Counted from the stretch's first letter, positions 26,148 to 39,333 are shown. The stretch: 64,000 nt of DNA from Coraliomargaritaceae bacterium (GCA_965656495.1 CBFHKU010000004.1:35702-99701), one strand, 5' to 3'. The notes: generated by a model not told the origin, from the letters alone. Numbers and translations: made by a program.

Positions 26148-28280
26148 GCGTTTCCGTTTTTTTGGAAGACCGGCGGCGTTGTATATCCCGGAGCGTTTGC
26201 GGCCTTTTTTGGATTTCCCGGCAGGAGACGGCGCTTGATCGGCGCCACCTTGTAGTTGTTCGATCTGGTCGCGGATGATGGCGGCTTTTTCGAAGGCGAG
26301 GTTGCGGGCGGCCTCCAGCATTTCCTCCTCCAGTTCCGCAATCACGGCGGCGCGATCGCGTCCATCGCCCTCCTCCACCAAATCGTTGGCATCGGTTTCC
26401 TCGTCGTATTTTTTACCGGGGGCTTGCAGACTTTCGTCGAGCCCGCGCTCCACACTGCGGGGGATGATCTTGTGTTCGGTATTATAGGCCAACTGTTTCT
26501 CGCGGCGGTAGGCGGTGGTGTCGAGGGTTTGACGAATCGAATCGGTAATAACATCGGCGTAGAGCAGGACGCGGCCCTTGACATGCCGCGCGGCACGGCC
26601 CGCGGTCTGAATCAAACTGGTGGCACTGCGGAGGAAGCCCTCCTTGTCGGCATCGAGGATCGCCACAAGGGCCACTTCCGGGAGGTCGAGCCCCTCGCGG
26701 AGCAAATTCACCCCCACCAATACATCGAAATCGCCCTTGCGGAGCCGACGCAGAATTTCAACCCGTTCAATCGCATCGATATCACTGTGGAGGTATTCAA
26801 CCTTGAGGCCCGCTTCGCGCAGGTATTCCGAGAGGTCCTCGGACATGCGCTTGGTGAGGGTCGTGATGAGGGTTCGCTCGCCGGCGGCAGTGGCATCGCG
26901 CACCGCCCCCATCACATCCTCGACCTGACCCTTGATGGGGCGGATCTCGAGTTCCGGATCCAGGAGTCCGGTGGGACGAATGACCTGCTCCGCGACGGTT
27001 TTGGAGACTTCCATTTCATGCTTCGCGGGGGTCGCGGAAACATAGATCGTCTGCCCCGTGATGGATTCAAATTCCTCAAAGGTTTGGGGGCGGTTATCGA
27101 GGGCGGAGGGCAAGCGGAAGCCGTAATCGACGAGGCGTTCCTTGCGGGCGCGGTCGCCATTATACATGGCGCGCACCTGCGGGAGCGTGGCGTGGCTTTC
27201 ATCGACAAAAAGGAGGAAATCATCCGGGAAGAAATCCACGAGGCAAAAGGGTCGCTCGCCGGGTTTGCGGTCGGCGAGGTAACGGGAATAATTCTCGATG
27301 CCGGTGCAGAAGCCCATCTCCTGAAGCAATTCGATATCATACTCGGTTCGCATTTTGATGCGCTGCGCTTCGAGGAGGCGGTTTTCCGACTCGAACCACG
27401 CGACCCGTTGGTCGAGTTCGGCACGGATCCCCTGAATCGCTTTTTTGATTTTATCCTTGGGGGTGACATACTGCGTGGCGGGGTATAGATGGAATTGCTC
27501 AAGGGCGGCACCGGTCTCCCCGGTGAGGGGATCCAGTTCGCGAATGGATTCGATCTCATCGCCCCAGAAGTCGATTCGGATGGCGGTCTCGAGATAGGCG
27601 GGGAAGACATCCACGACATCGCCCCGCGCCCGGAAGGTGCAGCGTTTGAAATCGATGTCGTTGCGGTTGTAGAGGATTTCAACGAGGCGTTCGAGGAGGT
27701 CGTCGCGGGAGATTTCCATTCCGGGGGTGAGCGGGAGCATCATGTCCTTAAAATCCTCGGGCGAACCGAGGCCATAGATGCAGGAGACCGATGCCACCAC
27801 GATAACGTCGCGACGGCTTATGAGGGAGGAGGAGGCCGCGATGCGCAGGCGTTCAATCTCCTCATTGATGGAGGAGTCCTTCTCGATATAGGTATCGGTT
27901 TGCGGGATGTATGCCTCGGGTTGGTAGTAGTCGTAATAACTGACGAAATACTCGACGGCGTTGTCGGGAAAGAAGGCTTTGAATTCAGAGTAGAGTTGGG
28001 CGGCGAGGGTTTTGTTATGGGAGATAATGAGGGCGGGTCGCTGGAGTTCCTGAATGACGTTTGCCATCGTAAAGGTTTTGCCGGATCCGGTCACCCCCAG
28101 GAGGGTTTGGCGCGCCTGCCCTGCCCTTGCGCCCTGCACAAGGGTTTGGATCGCCTCGGGTTGATCCCCCTGCGGTGAGTATGCACTTTGTAATTTAAAC
28201 TCCACCCAACTGAGGGTGTCGAGCAAACGGGGTTCTGCAAGCGGAAGCCGTGAAAATAACGGCGGGGTTGGACAATTCAA
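26145..28280 (-). CDS. uvrB: excinuclease ABC subunit B
   Basis: 711-aa ORF. Has [23 protein letters not shown] and DESH, helicase motifs, and a C-terminal UVR domain ([26 protein letters not shown]). The annotated first codon is TTG, so the exact start is uncertain. Confidence 0.95.
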   Translation of the reverse strand: MNCPTPPLFSRLPLAEPRLLDTLSWVEFKLQSAYSPQGDQPEAIQTLVQGARAGQARQTLLGVTGSGKTFTMANVIQELQRPALIISHNKTLAAQLYSEFKAFFPDNAVEYFVSYYDYYQPEAYIPQTDTYIEKDSSINEEIERLRIAASSSLISRRDVIVVASVSCIYGLGSPEDFKDMMLPLTPGMEISRDDLLERLVEILYNRNDIDFKRCTFRARGDVVDVFPAYLETAIRIDFWGDEIESIRELDPLTGETGAALEQFHLYPATQYVTPKDKIKKAIQGIRAELDQRVAWFESENRLLEAQRIKMRTEYDIELLQEMGFCTGIENYSRYLADRKPGERPFCLVDFFPDDFLLFVDESHATLPQVRAMYNGDRARKERLVDYGFRLPSALDNRPQTFEEFESITGQTIYVSATPAKHEMEVSKTVAEQVIRPTGLLDPELEIRPIKGQVEDVMGAVRDATAAGERTLITTLTKRMSEDLSEYLREAGLKVEYLHSDIDAIERVEILRRLRKGDFDVLVGVNLLREGLDLPEVALVAILDADKEGFLRSATSLIQTAGRAARHVKGRVLLYADVITDSIRQTLDTTAYRREKQLAYNTEHKIIPRSVERGLDESLQAPGKKYDEETDANDLVEEGDGRDRAAVIAELEEEMLEAARNLAFEKAAIIRDQIEQLQGGADQAPSPAGKSKKGRKRSGIYNAAGLPKKRKR

Positions 28281-28284
28281 GGCG

Positions 28285-28668
28285 ATGCCCTATCTTTGCG
28301 GGATGGGAGGGACCTTTTTTTATGATGGCGAATGCGGCTTGTGCGCCGGTGCAGTCGATTTTTTGCGGCGCCGCGACAAGCAGGGACGCCTGAAATTTTG
28401 CGCCCTGCAAAGCCCCGAGGCCGCCGCGCGCTTACCGGTCGATTTGACAACGGATTTGAAGACCGCGGTTTATCTGAGCGAAGCCGACCCCCCGGAATTG
28501 CTGGTGCGTTCGGATGCGGTGCTGCGCGCCTTGAGCGAGGTCGGCGTATTCTGGCGCTGCTTGGCGCGTGTCATTCGGCTTATACCGCAGGCGTTGCGCG
28601 ACGCGGTTTATGAGCGCGTCGCCGCCAACCGCCACCATTGCCAGTGGAACAAATCGGACGCGGCCTGA
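28285..28668 (+). CDS. thiol-disulfide oxidoreductase DCC family protein (DUF393)
   Basis: FFYDGECGLCAGAVDFLRRRD is the DCC motif. The ORF track start 28216 would overlap uvrB; ATG 28285 or 28303 is more plausible. Confidence 0.8.
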   Translation: MPYLCGMGGTFFYDGECGLCAGAVDFLRRRDKQGRLKFCALQSPEAAARLPVDLTTDLKTAVYLSEADPPELLVRSDAVLRALSEVGVFWRCLARVIRLIPQALRDAVYERVAANRHHCQWNKSDAA

Positions 28669-28687
28669 GCAATGGCGCGTTCTGCGC

Positions 28688-30268
28688 TTAATGAGGCAGC
28701 ACCATGAACATCACCGCCATCACGAGGGTCGGAAAGAGCGCTCCCAGCAAAAGCTTCAAGGGTGAGACCCCTCCGGAGAAATATTTGCTGAGGATGCTTT
28801 GACCGGCGGGATTCGGCGCATTCGCGATCACCGTTAAACCGCCCCCGCTTACTGCTCCCGCGACGACCGCATATTGCAGCGCGGTTGCGCCATCCACTCC
28901 ATTTGCGAAAGCGGGTACCTGCGCCGCGAGGAAGGTAATGGCGGCATTGTCATTAAAGGCCGTCAATACGGTGGCACCGATAAAGAGTGGAATTTCCCCA
29001 AGGGAGGATAGGACCGGCGCGATCCACCAACCCTGCATCCCGCCATGCGTAACGAGTCCCGCGAGGAAGAAGCCCACTAAGATGGGGCCTTTGAGACTAA
29101 TGGCGTATTGGTGATGTACCGTCGCGATATTGAAGGCGACAAAGATGAGGAAGCCGCCGATGAAAAGCGCGGGGTGATGGAGCGTGAAAACCGTCCAAGC
29201 CAAAAATGCGAGGTGGATGCCCACGATCCACGCAGGCACCGGCTCCACCGGTTCCTGAGTTCGGTTGGCTTTCTCGGCCTCCGCTTTCTCCTTCAAATGC
29301 ACGAAGTTTTTGCGGAAGATCAGGAAATAGATCGCGGTTACCACCAGAATACCCAGAACCGCGCGCCAGCCGAAGTGCGTAAACATGAAGGGCATATTCC
29401 AGTCCCATTTCCCCGCGACCATGAGCACCGGCGGAGCGGCGAAGTGCGTGAGGGTTCCACCGACCGAGATATTAACAAAGAGCAAGCCGAGGGTGGCGTA
29501 TTTAAAGGTATTGGAGGGGTTGTAATGATAAAATTGTTGGCCCAGCAAGAGCGCGGCAATCGTCATTGCGGCGGGTTCCGTGATAAAGGAACCCAAGAGC
29601 GGCGCGATGATGAGAATGGAGAGCCACCATGCGGCGGGGGATTGTTTCCCGATTGATGCCACCGAGCGGAGGGCGCCCTCCGCAAACACCACCACCGGGC
29701 GTGATGCGGCGATCGCCATAATCACCACCACGAAGAGCGGTTCTGTGAAATTGCGGGTGTCGATATAGGCAGCGGCATCATGCCAACCATAAGTCAGCGT
29801 CATCGCCAATAGCAATGGGATCACCCAGATTCCAAAAATAGCCTCCACTTCACCCAGGAAATGCAGGGCGGTGGCTTTGAAACTAACCGGGGCTTTACCG
29901 CCGTGATAGCGACGAGGGTCTGCCTCGATCATTTGTTGGTGGCGATGTTCTACCTTGTGGGCGAGATTCATGAGCGGGCCCGCCGCGAAGGTGTGGATGA
30001 TCGCGAGGAAGAAAATAAGGGTCGCGATCCAATTCATGGGGTCATCAACGGCGCGCGCACTCAAGCGCTGCATGAGGCTCAGTTCGTCCGTGGCGATCCC
30101 GATTTCAGCGGCATAGCCAGCTTCGACCTCTGAATATTGGTCGAGCGGTTTGGGCAGTGCCGACTCGACGGCACCGGCGGGTTTACCACCCGCGCAGAGA
30201 ACCGACGAGGCGAGCAAAGATAATATGAGAAACAATACTAGAGGGCGTAAGTGCTGCATAGGGCGCAT
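28688..30268 (-). CDS. polytopic membrane transporter, putative Na+/H+ antiporter-like (ion-transporter superfamily)
   Basis: 526-aa ORF with a signal peptide and about 12 TM segments. Repeated GG(T/L)LT...A(A)PP / GGLTVIANAPNPAG motifs resemble NhaD/ArsB-type folds. The family assignment is from memory only. Confidence 0.55.
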   Translation of the reverse strand: MRPMQHLRPLVLFLILSLLASSVLCAGGKPAGAVESALPKPLDQYSEVEAGYAAEIGIATDELSLMQRLSARAVDDPMNWIATLIFFLAIIHTFAAGPLMNLAHKVEHRHQQMIEADPRRYHGGKAPVSFKATALHFLGEVEAIFGIWVIPLLLAMTLTYGWHDAAAYIDTRNFTEPLFVVVIMAIAASRPVVVFAEGALRSVASIGKQSPAAWWLSILIIAPLLGSFITEPAAMTIAALLLGQQFYHYNPSNTFKYATLGLLFVNISVGGTLTHFAAPPVLMVAGKWDWNMPFMFTHFGWRAVLGILVVTAIYFLIFRKNFVHLKEKAEAEKANRTQEPVEPVPAWIVGIHLAFLAWTVFTLHHPALFIGGFLIFVAFNIATVHHQYAISLKGPILVGFFLAGLVTHGGMQGWWIAPVLSSLGEIPLFIGATVLTAFNDNAAITFLAAQVPAFANGVDGATALQYAVVAGAVSGGGLTVIANAPNPAGQSILSKYFSGGVSPLKLLLGALFPTLVMAVMFMVLPH

Positions 30269-30321
30269 TTATTACGAGCTTTCTCGCCGCTTCAAAGAAA
30301 AAAACGACGCCCAAGGGCAGT

Positions 30322-30872
30322 TTAACGCTCCCCGCTGCCCGCCTGCTTGACCGGCACCGCCGCATCACTGCGATTGCGGCGAAATTGAAAACGGTTTAAA
30401 TCACGCAAACTCAATTGTTTACCCATCTCCTCCTCGAAGGCTTTTCCCTGAAGCATCATGGCATAAACCTGGTGGTCCCGCAAAAGCAGCGGTGTATCTT
30501 TTTTTCCGATGCGCGCCTCGCCTTCAATGTCGGCCATCTGCTGATCCATGCGGGACATTTCACGGCTGCGGATCGGGAATGTTTTGCGTTCGGTCTGAAC
30601 GGTGCGGCGCTCCCCCGACTTCATCTCAATCGGGGCACGCTTGCTGCCCACCGAACTGAAATGCTTGGACCATTGATCCATTGAGATGCGTTTATCCGTC
30701 AGGGGAAGTGCTGCTCCGGAACTCCACTGCTTCACCGGGGCGCGTTTTTCCTGAATCGCTCCCGCCTGGCGGCCCACCGTCTCAAGCGGGCTCTTGACGG
30801 TTTCCTCCGCCTGCAGGACTACCATCCCCCAAACGCACAGACCGGCGACCCAAGTTGTTTTCATAAAGCGCA
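30322..30872 (-). CDS. hypothetical secreted protein
   Basis: This is the 3' portion of the track ORF 30322-32451. Only the part downstream of [22 protein letters not shown] (a signal peptide, ATG 30872-30870) lies outside leuS. The remainder of that ORF is antisense to leuS. Confidence 0.45.
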
Positions 30873-30993
30873 TCGTTTTATGAATAAACCCATGATCGGA
30901 GCGGGTTTCAAACGAAAAGCGCTCCGGGCAAGCGGTAATTTTGAGGCGTTGACGCCTTGGCAGGGATCGCTCTTTATTGCGGATTCTCTGATT

Positions 30994-33567
<2,574 letters not shown>

Positions 33568-33587
33568 TATTCCATCCCTCAATCATC

Positions 33588-34388
33588 ATGCCGCGCTTCA
33601 CGCTATACCTCCTTCTCGCATTGACCGCCACAAGCGTACTTAGCGCGCTGGAGATGCAACCCGGATTCGGCTTCGTCACCAGCATGCGTGGTTCCGTGGA
33701 AGTCCGCAACGAGGAGGGCAAAAAACTGACCTTGGGATTACACGAAAGTCACTCGGTCGATGGATTGACTCTTAAGACCAAAAAAGACAGCACCCTCTTT
33801 CTCGTCCTCAGCAATGGCGTCGCAATCGCCCTTAGCGAAAACACCCATATCGATATCCAAAACTTCCGACAAATCCCCTTTGGTCCGGAAAGTCATAGCT
33901 TCGAACATGAACCCACGATTTCAAATCTGCAAATCCACTTGATTGAAGGCACGATGGGCCTGAGTTGCGACCACATCTCGCCCTTGTCCAACTTGAAAAT
34001 AGCAATGAATAGTGGTCACCTGCGCGTCCATTCCACGACCTCGGTGCTATCCATCAACCCCCTCGGCATGAACATTTCCGCCTATGAGGGAACCCTGACC
34101 TTTTATTATCCGGACGGGGAAGAGCGCGAATTTATCGCCCATCCGCAAAGCGTCCGCATCAGTGAACAAAGCGCGGCGCGCGGCATCGTCACCGAAAGCG
34201 GCACCGTCGATAAAAAGGAAGTGCTCGCCCGCCGCCTCGCCGATGCCGTCAGTTTTGCGCGCAAACGCGTCATCTACCGCAGCGTCAATGGGCAGGCCGA
34301 GCCCCAAGCGCTCTTGCTGGTCTCGGATGACTACCACGAACAAGAGCCCGCGCGGCCTTTCTCATTCAAATCTTCCCAACTACCCTGA
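33588..34388 (+). CDS. hypothetical secreted protein (FecR-like beta-rich fold suspected)
   Basis: 266-aa ORF with signal peptide MPRFTLYLLLALTATSVLSA. No motif that I can assign with confidence. Confidence 0.5.
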   Translation: MPRFTLYLLLALTATSVLSALEMQPGFGFVTSMRGSVEVRNEEGKKLTLGLHESHSVDGLTLKTKKDSTLFLVLSNGVAIALSENTHIDIQNFRQIPFGPESHSFEHEPTISNLQIHLIEGTMGLSCDHISPLSNLKIAMNSGHLRVHSTTSVLSINPLGMNISAYEGTLTFYYPDGEEREFIAHPQSVRISEQSAARGIVTESGTVDKKEVLARRLADAVSFARKRVIYRSVNGQAEPQALLLVSDDYHEQEPARPFSFKSSQLP

Positions 34389-34393
34389 GCCGT

Positions 34394-35230
34394 ATGTCTT
34401 CCCAATTCCTGCCACCTGACTTCGATGGTCAACCCCTTGGATTGATTGCGGGCAAGGGCGACTACCCCATCATCGTAGCGGAGCGTTTTCGGTCGATGGG
34501 CCTCCCGATTCGTCTCATCGCATTTGAGGGCGAAACCGAATCCAGCCTCATCGATTCCTTTGATGCCCATGAACGCGCCACCGTTAAAGTCGGTCAGCTC
34601 GGCAAACTGCTCAAAGCCCTCGGCAAACTCGAATGCCGCTACGCCATGATGGCGGGACAAGTGACCCCCAGACGGCTCTTTCACGGTCTGCATCCCGACC
34701 TCAAGGCCCTTGCGATTTTAAACAGCCTCAAGGTGCGCAATGCCGAAACCATCTTCGGCGCGATCGCTGCAGAAATTCAAAAAATCGGCATTGAGATGCT
34801 CGACGCCCGCGCGGGTCTCGATGACCAACTCGCCAGCCCCGGACTCATGACGCCCGGTAAATTGAAGGCACCCCTTGAATACCTCGAACACGGCATTCGC
34901 ATTGCCGAGGGCGCAGCCGACCTCGACATCGGTCAAGGCTGCGTGGTGCGCAAAGGCACCGTGCTCGCGGTCGAGGCCTATGAGGGCACCGACCCCATGC
35001 TGCAACGCGCCGGTGCTTTTAAAACTGAAGGCCTGATCTTCGTAAAAACCGTCAAACGCGAACAGGACTATCGTTTCGACGTGCCGGTCTTTGGATCCCG
35101 TACCCTCGAAGTCATGCACGCCAGCGGCATCCTTACCGCCGCCCTTAAAGCCGGGAGCGTTATCCTCCTCAACAAGGAACAACTCTGCGCCGATGCTGCC
35201 CGACTCGGAATTGAACTCTACGGTTTTTAA
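34394..35230 (+). CDS. lpxI: UDP-2,3-diacylglucosamine diphosphatase LpxI (DUF1009)
   Basis: 278-aa ORF. Has LGLIAGKGDYPIIVAE and DIGQGCVVRKGTVLAVEAYEGTDPMLQRAG, typical of the LpxI family. Confidence 0.8.
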   Translation: MSSQFLPPDFDGQPLGLIAGKGDYPIIVAERFRSMGLPIRLIAFEGETESSLIDSFDAHERATVKVGQLGKLLKALGKLECRYAMMAGQVTPRRLFHGLHPDLKALAILNSLKVRNAETIFGAIAAEIQKIGIEMLDARAGLDDQLASPGLMTPGKLKAPLEYLEHGIRIAEGAADLDIGQGCVVRKGTVLAVEAYEGTDPMLQRAGAFKTEGLIFVKTVKREQDYRFDVPVFGSRTLEVMHASGILTAALKAGSVILLNKEQLCADAARLGIELYGF

Positions 35231-35279
35231 AAACCCGCACAAAGTGGACTTTTAGCTTTACGCATCAAGATATCATTAT

Positions 35280-36182
35280 ATGTTGATACGTAATATGGCC
35301 CATACGCATCCAATCGACTCCCGCGCCTCCACGCCGCGCATTTCGGTGGAGTTTTTTCCGCCCAAATCGGAAAAAGCGGCGGAACAACTCCTGCAAGCCG
35401 CCTCGGAACTGCGCTCCATCCAGCCTGATTTTGCTTCGATCACTTACGGGGCGGGCGGCAGCACCCGCAGTCGTACCCTTGAATACGCCCGCCGCCTCAA
35501 GGACGATCTGGGGTATACCATCATGCCCCACCTCACCTGCGTCGGTCACTCCCGCGGTGAATTGAAGCAGATCATCGCCGAATTCAAAGACGCCGGACTC
35601 AGTCAAATCATGGCGCTCCGTGGCGACCCGCCTCAGGATGCCGAAGACTTCACCCCCCACCCCGACGGACTCGCCTACGCCAACGAACTCGTCAGCCTCA
35701 TCAGCGAACACTACCCGGACTGTGAGGTCGCGGTTGCCGGTTACCCGGAAAAACATCCCCAGGCACCCGATTTGGAGACCGATCTGCAAAACCTCAAACG
35801 CAAGGTCGACGCCGGCGCGGACTTCATCACAACCCAGCTTTTCTTCGATAATCAGGTCTATTACAACTTCGTGGATCGCTGCCGCGCCATCGGCATCGAA
35901 GTTCCGATTCTCCCCGGTCTCCTGACCATCACCTCCCGCCAACAAGCCCAGCGCTTTTGCGCGATGTGCGAGGCGGTCCTCCCCGAGGCACTGGATCAAG
36001 CCCTCGCCGCCGCCGGAGACGACCCCGACGCGGTGGAAGCGGCCGGACTCGATTGGATCCACCAGCAAGCCCGGGAATTGCTGCAGCACGGCGCCCCCGG
36101 TCTCCACCTTTACCTGCTCAACCGCGCCGGCATCGCCCTGCAATTGATCGAACGCCTCAAAGCCGACGGATTGCTAACATAG
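35280..36182 (+). CDS. metF: methylenetetrahydrofolate reductase
   Basis: 300-aa ORF. Has ISVEFFPPKSEKA, SITYGAGGSTR, TCVG, ALRGDPP and ITQLFFD motifs. Confidence 0.9.
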   Translation: MLIRNMAHTHPIDSRASTPRISVEFFPPKSEKAAEQLLQAASELRSIQPDFASITYGAGGSTRSRTLEYARRLKDDLGYTIMPHLTCVGHSRGELKQIIAEFKDAGLSQIMALRGDPPQDAEDFTPHPDGLAYANELVSLISEHYPDCEVAVAGYPEKHPQAPDLETDLQNLKRKVDAGADFITTQLFFDNQVYYNFVDRCRAIGIEVPILPGLLTITSRQQAQRFCAMCEAVLPEALDQALAAAGDDPDAVEAAGLDWIHQQARELLQHGAPGLHLYLLNRAGIALQLIERLKADGLLT

Positions 36183-36212
36183 CAAGATTCAACCCAGACT
36201 TGCCGCCGACTT

Positions 36213-36278
36213 AATCTTGCCAAATTGCGGCTATAGCTCACTCTCGCAGCTGCATGTGGGCGTAGCTCAGTTGGATAG
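36213..36278 (+). pseudogene. duplicated tRNA-Arg 5' fragment (23 nt) with 43 bp of its upstream region
   Basis: The 66 bp match 36371-36436 with one mismatch. The copy ends after GGATAG (D-loop) and does not continue into a cloverleaf. Confidence 0.7.
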
Positions 36279-36410
36279 GTTCGAGGCGCGGAGCGCCGAC
36301 AGCGCCGGTCAATGCGAAGCATTGAGCCGGAAACATCGGATGTATAAATCCGATGCTCGTAAGGAGGGAAAATCTTGCCAAATTGCGGCTATAGCTCACT
36401 CTCGCAACTG

Positions 36411-36490
<80 letters not shown>

Positions 36491-36543
36491 TTTTTAAGTA
36501 CGTTTTTAATAGCCTTTATGGGGCTTCGGCCTAAACTAATACT

Positions 36544-36897
36544 ATGATTATCAAGGTAGATGCCGTCATACCGGAAGTAGCTGAAAACGTGCGCGAGGGG
36601 GTCGGCACGGTAACGGCCCACAAACTCCTCGATTTATTCCCCGGGAGCGCCATCAAGAGCGTCGGTCTGGTGCGCCTCGAACCGGGCGCGAGTGTGGGGT
36701 CGCATTCCCACCACGGCGAGGAGGATTTCTATTACTGCCTCTCCGGCGAGGGCGTGGTGGTCGATAATGGCGCGGAACATGCCTTCACTCCCGGCACCCT
36801 CCAGATTACCCGCGACGGGGAAACCCAGGCGATCCGCAACACCGGCGAGACCGAACTCGTCTTTCTCGGTGCGCTGGTGGCAACGATTCAGGGCTAG
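36544..36897 (+). CDS. cupin domain protein
   Basis: 117-aa ORF. G-x5-HxH-x-E (GASVGSHSHHGEEDFYY) followed by G..H (NGAEHAF...IRNTG) is the two-motif cupin signature. Confidence 0.8.
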   Translation: MIIKVDAVIPEVAENVREGVGTVTAHKLLDLFPGSAIKSVGLVRLEPGASVGSHSHHGEEDFYYCLSGEGVVVDNGAEHAFTPGTLQITRDGETQAIRNTGETELVFLGALVATIQG

Positions 36898-37061
36898 CCC
36901 GAATATCGTACACGCTTCAGAACTGTCTCCAGCGAGGCGCGAGCGGTGTTCGCCAAAAGAGTGCGCCCTCAGGTGGGTGACTGAAAAGCTTACGCACCCG
37001 GAACAGGGCCAGAGCCACTGGTGCACTCGATCTAGTTCGGTGTCTCAAAAGGGACACTACC

Positions 37062-37250
37062 GCTTTTTCTCTCCTGCCACGCAAAGCGACAAGAATGTCG
37101 CTTCCACTAAAGCATCATATGTGGAAGCAGCATACGTGGAAGCGGCAATCCTGCCGCTTTTTCTCTCCTGCCACGCAAAGCGACAAGAGTGTCGCTTCCA
37201 CTAAAGCGCCATACGTGGAAGCGGCAATCCTGCCGCTTTTCCACGAAAAC
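37062..37250. repeat. REP-like hairpin array (two ~80-95-bp units)
   Basis: Alternating hairpins AAGCGACA-AGAR-TGTCGCTT and GAAGCGGCA-ATCC-TGCCGCTT. Same stem family as the hairpins at 25822-26081, in the opposite orientation. Confidence 0.75.
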
Positions 37251-37326
37251 CCGGAAACAATTCGCATGTGATGACTTACCAATCGACCCCAACAAACAAG
37301 TGCAACATTAGGGTTTGCGAGGCTTG

Positions 37327-37692
37327 CTAGAGGCGATAGGGTTCGCGAATGTCGGGCCACTCCGCCTTGAAATCTTTGACATTGCGCGTGAGCAGGGCGC
37401 AACCCAATTGCCGCGCAGAGGCATAGACGATGGCATCGGGTAGCTTGAGTTTTTTCTCGCGGCGCAGGTGAACGGCGCGCTCGGAAACCGCCGTATTCAA
37501 CTCCATCGTTTTAAAAGCCGCGAGGAATCTACGCACAATGACCGCTTCTTCGGGCGACTCAACTCCTGCCAGCACCTCCATGAAAGTTATCACGCTGATC
37601 CATTTTTCCTCGTAACGCTCCACCTCCGCAGCGGCCTGCGGAATGCCCTTCAGATAGTCGATGAGGATGTTCGTGTCGAAGACCGCCCTCAT
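37327..37692 (-). CDS. vapC: type II toxin VapC (PIN domain)
   Basis: MRAVFDTNILIDYL...ITFMEVL...LPDAIVYASA...LLTRNVKDF carries the PIN acidic residues. The start MRAV (37692) abuts the vapB stop. The track ORF starts 4 codons earlier. Confidence 0.85.
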   Translation of the reverse strand: MRAVFDTNILIDYLKGIPQAAAEVERYEEKWISVITFMEVLAGVESPEEAVIVRRFLAAFKTMELNTAVSERAVHLRREKKLKLPDAIVYASARQLGCALLTRNVKDFKAEWPDIREPYRL

Positions 37693-37913
37693 TCCTGTTT
37701 CCATTCATTCCTCAAGCGTGCCTGATAATTTAAAGCATCAGTTTTTTTGTCTTTCCAAATTCCGTATGCGGCCTGCGAGTCCTGCACCGCCAGTGCCCCG
37801 GTGTAAGCTTCCAATGCTTCACGAATGAGCGCCGCACGCGAACAACCGCGCTCCTCACGTTCTGAATCCAAAACTGCGAGCACCGACTCCGGTATATCGA
37901 CTATCGTTCGCAT
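37689..37913 (-). CDS. vapB: type II antitoxin VapB (ribbon-helix-helix)
   Basis: MRTIVDIPESVLAVLDSEREERGCSRAALIREALEAY is a CopG/RHH-type N-terminus. Lies immediately upstream of vapC. Confidence 0.75.
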   Translation of the reverse strand: MRTIVDIPESVLAVLDSEREERGCSRAALIREALEAYTGALAVQDSQAAYGIWKDKKTDALNYQARLRNEWKQE

Positions 37914-38037
37914 CGTGTTATCATGCCACGTTATCACTTTTCGTCAAGCTTGCATCCGGCAAATCCCGACAAAGCGACTCCCGAAAAGGCTTGAAGCAAA
38001 CGGTGGGAAATCCAGTCTCCTTAATTTCCCATCTTAT

Positions 38038-39138
38038 ATGAAAACTTTGAAATTTGCAGTTCTACCAGGCGATGGCATCGGCCCGGAAGTCATGGATGTC
38101 GCGCTTGATGTCCTCAAAGCGACAGGCGATACCTTCGGCTTTGCGCTCGAATACGAGCACGCTGACATCGGTGGCATCGCCATCGACAACCACGGAGAAG
38201 CTTTCCCAGAGGTCACCAAGAACATCTGTGATGCCAGTGAAGCCATTCTTTTTGGTTCAGTTGGAGGCCCAAAATGGGAAACCCTACCTCCGAAGGATCA
38301 ACCCGAGCGCGCCGCCCTCCTCCCAATCCGGCAAGCCTACAAACTCTACGCCAATGTGCGCCCCGGCCTCCTCTATTCCGAATTGACCGACGCCTCCCCA
38401 CTCAAGGCGGAGCGCATCCCCAACGGCATCGACATCGTCTGCATCCGTGAACTCACCGGCGGAATCTATTTCGGGCAACCCAAAGCCACCACCACCCTTG
38501 AGAACGGCGAACAACAAGCAATCGACACGATGGTCTATCAAACCAGCGAAATCGAGCGCATCGCCCAAGTCGCAATCGATACCGCCAAGGCCCGCGGCGG
38601 CAAAGTCTGCTCCGTTGATAAAGCCAATGTTCTCGAAACTTCCGTCCTCTGGCGGCAGGTCGTCACGGAATACTTCGCGAAGCACGCCCCTGAGATTGAA
38701 CTCAGCCACATGTATGTCGACAACGCCGCCATGCAACTCGCGCGTGACCCCAACCAATTCGACGTCCTCTTCACCGAGAATATGTTCGGCGATATTCTCT
38801 CTGATGAAATGGGTGTGATCTGCGGCTCCCTCGGGATGCTCGCCTCCGCCAGTCTCGGCGCGCAAAACAATTCCCTCGGCTTGCCCTTCGGGCTCTACGA
38901 ACCCTCCGGCGGTACCGCCCCCGACATCGCCGGACAAGGCATCGCCAACCCCTGCGCCCAAATCCTCTCCGCCGCCATGATGCTCCGTTACAGCTTCGGC
39001 GAAAACGAAGCCGCCGACGCTATTGAAGCCGCCGTTAAAAACGCCGTCACCTCCGGCGTCCGCACCGGAGACATCGCCTTCGGCCTCAAGGCAGTCGGCA
39101 CCCAAGAAATGGGCGCCGCGGTACTCAAAAATCTGTAA
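38038..39138 (+). CDS. leuB: 3-isopropylmalate dehydrogenase
   Basis: Has MKTLKFAVLPGDGIGPEV, LFGSVGGPKW, RELTGGIYFG and NMFGDILSDE. The upstream 71 codons of the track ORF overlap vapB antisense and are not part of the gene. Confidence 0.95.
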   Translation: MKTLKFAVLPGDGIGPEVMDVALDVLKATGDTFGFALEYEHADIGGIAIDNHGEAFPEVTKNICDASEAILFGSVGGPKWETLPPKDQPERAALLPIRQAYKLYANVRPGLLYSELTDASPLKAERIPNGIDIVCIRELTGGIYFGQPKATTTLENGEQQAIDTMVYQTSEIERIAQVAIDTAKARGGKVCSVDKANVLETSVLWRQVVTEYFAKHAPEIELSHMYVDNAAMQLARDPNQFDVLFTENMFGDILSDEMGVICGSLGMLASASLGAQNNSLGLPFGLYEPSGGTAPDIAGQGIANPCAQILSAAMMLRYSFGENEAADAIEAAVKNAVTSGVRTGDIAFGLKAVGTQEMGAAVLKNL

Positions 39139-39143
39139 TCATT

Positions 39144-39333
39144 TTAACCACGAATGGACACGAATAATCACGAATTTGAAGGCCCTATTGTACAAGAGGC
39201 GTTTTCGAGATGAATTATCTAAAAATCACTGGCCTCAAAGTTGGCCTTATTTTAAACTTCAAGCACCCAAAACTTGAGTGGGAACGTCTTATCATTTGAA
39301 CATTCGAGTCTATTCGTGTCCATTCGTGGTTAA
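39144..39333 (+). mobile_element. 190-bp TIR-bounded cassette, internally deleted GxxExxY derivative (copy 1)
   Basis: Perfect 23-bp TIRs: TTAACCACGAATGGACACGAATA (39144-39166) and its reverse complement (39311-39333). Retains the N-terminal ~16 codons and C-terminal ~25 codons of the GxxExxY ORF, with an in-frame TGA at the deletion joint. Confidence 0.7.

Noticed and set aside
36279-36370. tRNA intron (group I or archaeal-type) splitting tRNA-Arg
   Set aside because: The downstream copy is a complete tRNA by itself, with its own 5' half. The 92-bp segment is too short for a group I intron and sits in the D-loop rather than the anticodon loop.
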